Both the position numbers and the translations under genes were made by a program. Below the pieces are notes generated by a model. The model was given only the letters and a program-made list of their open reading frames with translations, had not been told where the DNA came from and did not search any database. Below, one piece after another: positions 53,849 to 64,000 of a stretch of 64,000 nucleotides of DNA (within the stretch, counting starts at the first letter, position 1; each line of letters begins with the position of its first letter). The DNA lies in NCBI GenBank assembly GCA_012295275.1, contig CM022665.1, positions 13,888,001 to 13,952,000 on the forward strand, in the 5' to 3' direction. This stretch comes from Chrysomallon squamiferum. Lineage: Eukaryota; Animalia; Mollusca.

Positions 53849-55460
53849 GTACTGCAAATTTTAAGTTACCTCGAATGTCAGGTGTTCCACTTTGGATTAA
53901 TAATGTGCAAGTATGATTTGGTTTTGTTAGGATACATTTTAAAAGCTTCATGCTTCATATACTTACATTAACTAATATTTGTTTTTTATAATGTTAATTG
54001 TTTTATTTTCTCTTAGTAAAATGTTATGTTAAAAATAATTTAATTTTGAGATTTTGTTTCCATTTTTCTTTTATTTTCTTTTATTTTCTTTCATTTATTT
54101 ATTTTCTTTTTTTTTTTTCTTATTGTAAAGTTGTATCAGCACAAAGTTGTGAGATCACAAGATGTAAGTTGGTTATAATTTAAATTTTCCTTTTTTTTTT
54201 CCTTTTTATTATTTAAATTTAAATTTAAATTTATTTATTATTAATTTTTTTTTAAATTATTATTTTTTTTAGTTATAATGTTGTTTTTGTACTATTTTAT
54301 TATTACTTAAAATTATTTATAAAAATTGCTTTCATTAATAAAATGTGTTTAATATTTGTTTTAGTGAAAAGTAAATTTGAAATGACTTATTCTATTTTTC
54401 TTTTTTTTTTTAAAGAGTGTTACAGGGATGGGTAACCTTTTTTTCAGTATAGTCATTGGATAGCTGAATGAAAAAGTAATTTCATCACGCCATGGGTAAA
54501 TTGAGAAATAAGATTTTAAAAGAAAATAAATTATTTTGAACTTGTTATTGAAAATATCAGCTGGTAACACTGATGGAAGGAATGGACAATTGTTTATTTG
54601 ACAACAGAATATATTAATTTTATTCAGTTAAATTGCATCATACTTTCAGTAAAGGTCTGCACATAATTTAGGATTGCTACTTCAAAGCACGCTACTTTTT
54701 TGTTATTAGCAGCAAGGGAGATGTTATATGCACCTAGTGATAGACAGGAAAACCTATACCATGACTTTTGATAAACTATTTATGGGGCACTGGTTGTAAT
54801 AGGAAACAGCCCAGTAAGAGACAGAGACAGTTTGGCCCTTGACCTACAGTGCATTATGATAGAGTATAATCCCTATACCACCCATAGGTTACTGTTAATT
54901 CAGTCTTAGAGTGGAACAAAAAATAATAAATTCCAGAATGGAAGCAGGGTTACCCACCTTGTTTTTAGGCAGTGTAATAATACAAATATATATAAAAAAA
55001 AACACGAATGAATGTGAGAGAAGAATGCATTGATTTAAAAGTGAAATACATTTTAAAAATTGTTTCCAAGTGAAAAGAATTTTGGTTTATTTTTTTTAAT
55101 CTTTCGTAACTAATTTCAGATAATATTAGGATGTGTACTTTTAATCAAATAAAACTCAAGCTTTTTCTTAATACTTTTAGATATTTTTCTTTAGTAATTT
55201 TCGTCAAATTAACTTTTATATCTTACTAATAACTTTGGGTTTTATAATTTTTATGCATATTTTCTAGAACCTATATTTTAAATTATTTAATATTTTCTTT
55301 TTTTTTTTCAATTATAATCTCCATAATGATTGATAAATTTAATAAGATCTGGTTGTCTTATTTTATTTTTGCTATTTGTTGCACCCAAATTGAAATACTT
55401 TTTATTATCTTAAAGAAAAAATATATTTGGGTGGTGTTTTCATTATTCTTTTTTCTATCT

Positions 55461-55511
<51 letters not shown>

Positions 55512-58500
55512 ATTTCTTTTTTTTTAATGTTACTTGCCTAAAAAGTAAAGAGAATGTACTCTTTAACTTTTTCAGTTATTTGCCAAAATGATAAATATAT
55601 ATTTTTAATTAAAGTATTTAAACATATAAATAATTTAAACATTTTAATTCTTTTTATTATATTTTTTATTTTTATTCCAAGTGCTGTGTTCACATTCGCT
55701 GTGTTCACATTCATATGTGTAATTAATTTCTTGGATTTAAAACTGATGCTTGAAATCACATGTTCCTTTACAAACAAGACCCAAAATCCACACATATACT
55801 TTAATATACATAAAAACACTGACATAAAATTTACATAACAAGCATACATATCTGTATTACACCAAAACTATTCTGTCATTATTTTTAATGCAAACTATCA
55901 TTAATTGACTAACTGTTTAAAAAGTAAATTCCATGTACTAGGCTTGTCATAATTTGTTTCTGCTTTTCTTTGAAATGGTGGCAGACTGATACTAAGATTC
56001 AGCTAATCAGCCATCTGACAAATGCTTTCATCCCCTGATGGCTCAAACAAGTCTGTCCTAGACTTATTATCCATCCAATATTCCTTTTTAGTAGTTGTAG
56101 ATACCTCCATAATATCATTACAATGAGTGATTGTTTAAGCAATAAAATTAAATCTAGTTACATGATTTAGGTTGTTTTGTTGGATTCAGTTTTTTAATTT
56201 GTTAAAATAGATTAGTTCAGTTTGTCTTAGTAGCTTTAGTGTAATTATTGTAACAAATGCAGTTGTTATTTCCATACTCTTTAGTTTGTGTTTGTAATTT
56301 AACATTCTTATTAATTAAATGCATGGATTCATGTCATATTGTCTAACGTTTGTACTTTTCTTCTTTTTTGATGTTTGTTTTGTTATTACTTACTTCTTAA
56401 CCTTTTTTTCCCCTTAAATCTTTCAGTTTTTGGAAGACAGAATCTATCGTCATTTAGAACCTGCATTAGCTTTTCAACTTGAAATAAACCGTCTTCGAAA
56501 CTTTGACCTAGAAGCAGTTCCCACCGCCAACTACATGATGCATTTGTATCTTGGAAAAGCCAAGGTAACTGTAAAAACAAAACATTTAAAATTTTGTATT
56601 TATATAGAAAAAAGTGTGTTTTGATTCAAAATATTCTGTAATATTTCATAAACATTATGCTTACTATATATTGTAATACTCTGGGCTGTGAATTGTTTGG
56701 ATCAGACTGTAGCTTAGTTGCATATAATGCTTTTCTAAACAAGTTATATTCATTGGGAGCCATATGGCTGTTCTGTGGCCCAGGCACATTTGAAAGAGGC
56801 CACAGAATAAAAAATGTGAGAAGAGGATTTTCAGCCTATCTTTTTCTTTTTGTATCTTTGTTTGACAAGTCCTCTGGAACCTGAGATGAGCTCCTAAAAA
56901 GGGCCATAGCCAAACAGAGGTAATACAATCAGTTTTTAATTTGATAGTATAAAACTTGTCATAATAAAGAATTATTTTATATTATTATTATTATTATTAT
57001 TTTTATTTTTTATTTTTTTTTTGACAGGTTGCCAAAGGACAAGAGGTGACAGACTATAGAATGTTTGTCAGATCAATCATTAGACATTCTGATCTTGTTA
57101 CAAGAGTAAGTTGTGTTTTCACTATAAAATCTCTGTGTGTGTCTACATCTATCTGCATGCATAACAGAGATACAGAAAGCATTAGAAAATAGAATATCAG
57201 TTAAATATATTTTCTTGTATTAAATAAGCCTCAATGTTATGTAAGATTTTTTATTTATCATTATTATTATTATTTATTTATTTTCTTCTTTTTTTCAAAC
57301 TAGGAAGCTTCATTTGAATATCTGGAAAATGAGGCAGAAAGAACTCTACTGGAAGCCATGGATTCTCTAGAAGTGGCCTTTACACATCCACTGGTTGGTT
57401 TTTTATTTTCTTACTGTTATTTTAATTCAACAAAGACTTTAAAAGGAATGTCTTAAACATTCATATTAAAATTAATCTGTTTTACATTAATTTTTAGGGT
57501 ATATTTCAAGCATTTTAAGTCTTATTTTTATGACTATGTTAATTCAGATATTATTTTGTTATGAAACACAGTAAATTTTGTTTAATTTGAAGTAATATTT
57601 AGAGAGCTGTTTTTTTTGGTTGTTTTCACAAATCTTCCAGAAGGACGAAGAGTATAATGCTGTAACAGTGCGGTTCCACATAATTCTACTCTGTTCACTT
57701 TAAAATCTGATGATTTGTTGTCAAGCTCTTTCTTTTTTTTTGAAATGATTATTTTTAGGCAAAACGAACAGATTGCAATCACATCTTCCTCAACTTTGTG
57801 CCAACTTTGACTCTTACAGAACCAGGAAAGGTAAGCAGAAACATAAAAAATGAAAAATCATGAAATGCATTAAACTGACTACCATCAGCAAACAGTGAGA
57901 GTGAAAAAGAAAAGGGTGGTGGTCCTTAACCTAACCTCAGTTTTTATGTAATATTATACATTTTAATATTGAGCAGTAGACAAATAGTCTAAACTTCAAA
58001 GATTTTTTTTTTTTTCAGGTGCAATGTTTGCTAAAAGTAAAATATGATTTATGTTATATTATTTTTGAACTTTACTATTAATAATGATTTCATTTAAGTT
58101 AAATAAAATAAAACATTTGTTTGAAATTTACAAAATGGGTTTAAAAGATAATCATTAATTACATAATATACAGAGAAAATGGGTTCAGTACACTCTGTTG
58201 AAATTTCTTATCTGATTTGAACAGCTAGAGGAGACTGTTCGCAGTATGGTTATGAGGTATGGAATCAGACTGTGGAAAATGAGAGTGCTGCATGCAGAAC
58301 TAAAATTCACCATCAGGTCAGTTACCAGAGAATCAACCATTTAACATACATTTGCTTTCACTTGATATCAACATGTGATTTCAGTGTGTGTGTGTGGGGG
58401 GGGGGTGAGACAGACAGAGAGAGAGAGAAGGGCAATAGGAATATCATATAGTTCTTAAATAGTTTTTATCAAATGACAGTTTTCAGTTCGTACATTTTTT

Positions 58501-60877
58501 TCTCTTTCTGTTTCTTAATATATTCGGAAATAAAATATTTTTGTTATTTATTTATTTATTTATTTATTTTACACAAGGTTGACTTCTGGAGGTACAGGTT
58601 TTCCAATCAGGTTGTTTTTGACTAATGAGAATGGATATTACTTGGATATCAGCCTATACAGGGAAGTCACTGACCCTAGAACAGGACAGGTAATTTTTGA
58701 ATCAATTATTTACTTTCTTCTGTGTGAAACAATTCATGCTGATGCATGATGTAATGTACCTACATTGTTTTATAATTGCTGACGGCAAATTCTTTATATT
58801 TTGTCAGGTTATGTTTCAAGCATATGGGGCCAAACAGGGACCACTGCATGGACTGCTTATCAGTAGTCCCTACTTGACAAAGGACCATATGCAGCTAAAA
58901 CGTTACCAGGCTCAATCCCAAGGCACAACTTATGTGTATGATTTCCCTGAGATGTTCCGACAGGTAATATTACTCATTACATGTTAATACATATATATAT
59001 ATATAATGTGTTTAATGTAAGTTACATCTTTTGTAATGTTGTCAGTTTTAAATTGGCTACTAGTCAGTTCAATTTGTTTTTGTCAAAAACTGTTTTGGAA
59101 TAAGGGGTAAGAAAATAAATTCTGAATTTATATATTCAAGAACCATGCCTGTAGTATGAGTAAAATTTGGAACAGTCCATGTGTTTATAGCAACGATTTT
59201 TTCCAAATCCATGCCTACAGCTTGTGTAGCATTTTGGCACAATTACTGACCTAATTACTGGGTTGTATTTATCAGCTTCATATATTATAAGTGTTTATTT
59301 CATATACAAAGGAAGTTATATTTCACACTTAAGTCTTGTTTTCAATACAAAACAGTGATGTAATTTGTGGAGAGTTAGTTACAGAAATAAGAGAAAGTTG
59401 TGGTTAGTTCCAGGGTATGAGCTAAAGCTGCTCATCATTGAGGCTAGGTGTTGACCACTGTCCACCAAGGCTTGTTAAAAAAAGAAATTATGTTTTGTAT
59501 TACCTAACACAACTTTAAAATATAATCTTATAATCTAATCAATGTTTTTTGTTCAGGCATTGATAAAGTTGTGGAAGGAACACAAACACAGATATAAACT
59601 GGAGAATGATCCAATGCCATCCAGTGTGTTAAGTTTTGTAGAGTTAGTTCTAGACAGTCAAGGCAATGTCTGCATGCAAAATAGACTACCTGGAGAAAAT
59701 GAGGTAAGATAAGTCATAAAGAAACTATTTTTATTTATTTATTTATTTATTTATTTATATTACTGTTATATTTTTGGAAATTTACTGTGAATTTGGTTAT
59801 TATTTTTTTTTTTTCAAAAGGATAATATATACAAATTTGTAAGTAATAGCATTTGTGTACATGTTTTGAGTGACTTGTATATGTGTGTGTTGGTGTTTGT
59901 GTATGTACACATGTTTTCTGTTGATTCAGTTCCTTAAAGAACAAAATTAGAATGTAATTTTCAGATTGGAAGTGTCTTCTGATTAAAGTGGTATTTTCAG
60001 ATTGGGATGGTGGCATGGAAGATGACACTAAATACTCCAGAGTTTCCTGAAGGGAGAGATATCATTGTGATTTCTAATGACATGACTCACCGCAGTGGAT
60101 CTTTCTCTGTTCAAGAGGACTTGCTCTTCAAGGCATTTTTGTTGAATTTCTGGCACAGATTATATCAATTTTAATATATTTGATACAGAGTAACAAACAA
60201 TCAAAATTTAAAACTGCTTGTCTAAATTAAAGTAATTTAATATAGAATTTTACAGTGTGAAATATTTTTCATGTTTGTTGTTTTTCAATTACTTATGAAT
60301 GTGATATGTAGATTCATGTTTTAAGAAGTTGTTAATAATTTAATGAATTATATATAAACAAAGAAAATATAAAAAAAAAAACATTTCTCAGTACACACAC
60401 ATACTAACACACATTTACTAACACACACACATATAGAGGAGTTAGTCAAAAGGTCTTGGATATAAATATGTAAATTAAGACCTTCTGGCTCTAACCCATT
60501 GATACATAGTATTATTATTTTAGAGAACTTGTCATTAACATTTACACCATTCTTTCCATTTCAGAAAGCATCAGAGTTTGCCAGAAAACACAAAATACCT
60601 CGGATCTATTTGGCTGCTAACAGTGGAGCAAGGATAGGACTAGCTGAAGAAATTAAATATATGTTCAGGGTGGCATGGGAAGATGACAATGATCCAGATA
60701 AAGTGAGTAGTCTTTTCTTATTGGTTGTTCTGCACATCACGTATAACTGGTTAAGTCAAGAAAAGCATTGATGGGTTGGTTAAAATTAATTTGATTTATC
60801 ATTGTTCAGTACAGAACAGCCACATTGTAAATGCATTATATGGTTAATACAGATACTATTTATTGTTGTTGGTGTTG

Positions 60878-60914
<37 letters not shown>

Positions 60915-63646
60915 ATCAGGGATTCAAGTATTTATATCTAAGACCTGAAGATTTCAAGAAAGTGGGTGCTATGAATTCTGTCCGAGCTGAGTTGATAGAG
61001 GATGAAGGAGAATCAAGATACAAAATTACAGACATCATTGGTATGTATTTGCACAGAATAAATATATGTACAGAAAAGTGACTGTATGGAGCTCTAACAG
61101 ATAAATTTGTTTGGGATTTTTCATGAATGTTGTAGGCCTCTGACCTTAAAAGTGAATAAAGCATATTTATTTTATTTATTTTTTAACTATTTTTTTTCTT
61201 CATAAATCTTAATATGATGATGAGAAATTTAAAGTACAGAGAGAGAAAAAAAGTTCAGTAGTCAGATATAACAAAGTTGTTTTTTTCTTCACCCATGCTA
61301 GCTTTACAGAATTACAGGAATATAACATTATTACCATTAATATCAAAGAATTAGGAAGTGTTATTGACATGCATTCATTCAGTGGTTACCTTAAACAGAT
61401 GATAATCTGTAAAATTAGTTGTGAGTTATAAAATCATATTGTTTTGTTTTAGGAAAAGATGACGGACTTGGAGTGGAAAACTTGAAAGGATCTGGCATGA
61501 TAGCAGGAGAGTCATCACAAGCCTACAATGAAATTATTACCATTAACCTGGTAATTGCTGATGTTGTTGTGATTTAATTACTCAGTTACCTTAATCTCCT
61601 TTATATGCATTTTGTAACTGAAATCCTGTTATGTGAAATTTATACAACAAAAGCAAATACTTTTTTTGACTTAAATGAATACTGTTTTGAATAATGAAAT
61701 ATTTTATGGTGCAGTATGGTAGTGTTATTTTAATTTTCTTAATTACACTTGTTCATTTTATTTGCCTGTCTTTATTTTATTTTTGACCTTTATTTCCAGG
61801 TGACATGTCGTGCTATTGGAATAGGAGCATACCTGGTTCGTCTTGGTCAGAGAACCATCCAGGTGGAAAACTCACACATCATTCTCACAGGATTTGGAGC
61901 ACTGAATAAGGTTTTTTCTGAACTTTTAACAAACAGTATTTAAAAATCATTTAAAAAAAATTTAAATTTCATTTATAATTAAAATCTGGTTCATTTCTTT
62001 TGAAAACTGGGATTTCATTGCATTTTTATGCTGATAATAATTTGTATGTGTTTTGCAGGTGTTGGGACGAGAGGTGTACACAAGTCACAGTCAGTTAGGA
62101 GGGGTACAGATAATGTTCAACAATGGGGTCACACACTCAGTTGTACCTGATGACTTTGAAGGAGTCTACAGAATTCTCAAATGGCTTGCTTACATGCCTG
62201 ATGTATGTTATAACATCTATTAAAAATTCAAGTGAATAAACTTGAAGTCCTTGCTATATTTATAAATTAATGAACTTTACCTGAATATAAAAATTAAAGA
62301 TATATAATGTATCTTTTACTATCATTGTTTATTTAGAATATACTGGGCATTAAGAAGTCTTTTCTCTCTGTATTCAGAATGGATTAATTTAGAAAAGAAA
62401 TGCACTGTATTAAAATAATCTTCATACATCTCTGAACATTATCATTTAAGGTTACTTGCTTTAACTTTTTCTCCACTAACGAATAACATATGTTTTATAC
62501 AGAAAAAGGGTGGCAGATTACCAATCACTGAACCCTATGACCCAGTAGAAAGAGATGTTGAATATGTTCCAACTAAAGCTCCATACGATGTACGCTGGAT
62601 GTTAGCAGGTCGTTTTAGTCCAGGTAAACATCTTACAGTTTTACATTAATCAAAGTACTAGCCTAGACTTATGTATTTTAAAGCAAGCTAAATATTTTCT
62701 TTTGAGTAAGTAACTGAAATGTTTTAATATATTAATAGTATTCTTATTTTCTAAACATTACTAGTCTCGGGCTTAATTGGAAAATTCTAAACACATTTTG
62801 GACAGACTGACTAAGTAAATGCTTATTCCAGCTGAATGAATGTGTAGACAGAGATGTAAAGATAGGTTGCACAGAAATAGCTAGAAAAATCAAGGGCTCA
62901 GAAGGGAAGTTTTTGGTGAACTATTGATGAACAACACCACTACAGCAATGACAATAGGCCAAATTATTGAGTTTAGACTTTCTTCTTTTAACAGCCAGTT
63001 AATTCATTTGAAGTATACAAAATAACCAACATACTGCATTAACAGATGCAAATAGCTAAAAATTTCCATTTGAAGATATCAGAGTAAATTATGTATTATT
63101 CTTTGACATGATGCTCATTTAATTACTTTGTTTTGTCAGAAACCAATTCCTGGCAGGCGGGATTCTTTGACAAAGATTCTTGGGAAGAAATATTTCAACC
63201 CTGGGCTCAATCAGTTGTAACAGGAAGAGCCAGGTAATTACTAGGAGAGCTGTATTTTGTACATTTTCAAGCCATGCATTCTTTTATACCAGTTTTGTTT
63301 CTTTCAGTGTGTACTTGTGTCAGAATATAACCTGCAAGGAAATGTTAAAAAAGTAAATAAATAAATAAAAAAGCATTATTGATAATAAATTAAAATTTCT
63401 TGTGGACAGGTCCATGTGTTTATATTTTTACTTTCAGTCTTTTATATTTCTATTAAATTTTCATTAAACTGTCAAGTTTATTAATCTAATTTTTTTTTTA
63501 TTCAACATTTACTCTGAAATGTTTTTTTGTTTTTGGTTTTTTTTAAAAGACTTGGTGGTATTCCAGTTGGTGTTGTAGCTGTCGAGACAAGAACTATGGA
63601 GTTAGTCATACCAGCTGATCCCGCCAATGTTGATTCAGAGTCTAAG
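26798..63646 (+). CDS. ACC: Acetyl-CoA carboxylase (BC-BCCP-central-CT), 47 coding exons in window, 3' incomplete
   Basis: Exons read: 26798-27129, 35090-35219, 35487-35625, 35799-35908, 36193-36274, 36843-36941, 37359-37579, 39575-39784, 40185-40358, 41312-41473, 41790-41953, 42391-42645, 42875-42956, 43063-43133, 43441-43581, 43944-44072, 44488-44578, 44971-45186, 45983-46102, 46430-46619, 47045-47169, 47844-47957, 48617-48730, 49222-49311, 49984-50102, 50494-50640, 51087-51192, 51594-51707, 52054-52110, 52829-52870, 56427-56564, 57028-57105, 57304-57393, 57759-57830, 58225-58316, 58578-58689, 58808-58963, 59557-59703, 60001-60132, 60565-60702, 60920-61040, 61453-61550, 61800-61910, 62059-62202, 62503-62623, 63140-63233, 63550-63646. 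Motifs: [52 protein letters not shown], biotin-attachment EVMKM (44026-44040), [24 protein letters not shown]. Confidence 0.97.
29787..29810 (+). CDS. ACC: Candidate 24-nt alternative microexon of ACC (adds SLYSRERR after QIR)
   Basis: CCTTTTCAATTTCAG|AAGTCTTTACAGCCGTGAAAGACG|GTAAGA. Phase 2-2, matching the flanking exons, and stop-free. TGCATG lies at 29828-29833. Confidence 0.6.
38013..38276. mobile_element. Non-autonomous hAT-type (Charlie-like) element in an ACC intron
   Basis: Imperfect 15-bp terminal inverted repeats CATAGGTTTTCAACC / GGTTGAAAACCAGGG. Near-identical 8-bp flanks CCTTAGAC (38005-38012) and CTTTAGAC (38277-38284). Subterminal GGGGTC motifs. Confidence 0.75.
40705..41212 (+). 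mobile_element. Internally deleted Tigger/pogo-like element carrying a transposase N-terminal fragment
   Basis: TA-flanked degenerate inverted ends (CTGTTGACCCTCGATTTT / GAAATCGATGGTCTAAGG). 40962-41039 translates [26 protein letters not shown], resembling the CENP-B/psq-type HTH start of pogo-family transposases. Confidence 0.65.
45205..45545. repeat. Degenerate tandem triplication, unit about 105-115 bp, in an ACC intron
   Basis: Related blocks (CCTTTATATATTTGACATCCAAAC...TTTGAATATCAAGCATT...GATTTAAATTT) start near 45206, 45312 and 45426. Confidence 0.6.
47152..47600 (+). repeat. ~35-bp minisatellite, about a dozen copies, derived from an ACC exon/intron junction
   Basis: Unit CTAGTAATTTTGTTGATAGTAAGTGAAATGTATTG (e.g. 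47258-47292, 47293-47327). The first copy overlaps the exon end at 47169. Confidence 0.85.
53075..53250. repeat. Degenerate short-period tandem repeat (about 21-22 bp) in an ACC intron
   Basis: Recurrent AGTAAG(T/C)AGATTTGA(G/A)TTT-like units. Confidence 0.5.
54695..54880. mobile_element. Decayed interspersed repeat (SINE-like) fragment
   Basis: ATTAGCAGCAAGGGAGATGTTATATGCAC...GACAGGA resembles 37754-37806 (ATTAGCCATAAGAGATCTTTTATATGTG...CACAAGGAATAG) within this window. It also resembles a gastropod repeat I recall but cannot verify. Confidence 0.4.
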
Positions 63647-64000
63647 GTTTGTAGTCTTAAATAATTTAGAGAGGTCATCGTTTCCTGAATAAAGGTGTTG
63701 TTTTATTTTATTTATTATTATTATTATTATTATTATAGTTTTGTTTTATTTCTTTATTTTTATTATTTTATCTTGTTTATGGTTTGTGTAAATGTTCAAT
63801 ATTTCCACAATTAATCAAATTTATTTAAACTTAAATATTAGGTTATGTAAACCAGAGTTAAAAATTATAAATTTTTTGTTCATGTTTGTACTGACTGTAA
63901 ATACACCTTGTGATGAAAAACTAAGATGGAGAACAGTTCCTGTCCGGAATATTTTGATAACATGATATACACTACAAGATTAATTTTTAAAATGAATATG

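Noticed and set aside
53633-55849. Several 60-112-aa hydrophobic ORFs
   Set aside because: They arise from poly-T and (GTT)n low-complexity intron sequence inside ACC.

Overview
AT-rich, intron-dense animal genomic DNA. It is an invertebrate, and a mollusc is my inference from gene structure and repeat style. Most ORF-track entries are intronic noise. Reading splice sites by hand gives five protein-coding genes: an unrecognised 321-aa single-coding-exon gene (+, 4029-4994); TATA-binding protein (+, 7 coding exons, 247 aa); a C6orf120/UPF0669-family gene (-); a pro-apoptotic Bak (+, 4 coding exons, 230 aa); and acetyl-CoA carboxylase (+, 47 coding exons read, running off the right edge). Non-coding DNA holds Tigger/pogo- and hAT-type non-autonomous elements, minisatellites and microsatellites. 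The most interesting signals concern ACC regulation. A candidate frame-preserving microexon and a candidate alternative first exon would both rewrite the residues just before the AMPK-site serine. There is also a dense SREBP/E-box/CCAAT cluster upstream, a tandem array of duplicated splice donors, and an apparent GC-AG intron. All exon coordinates were read manually and have no transcript support.
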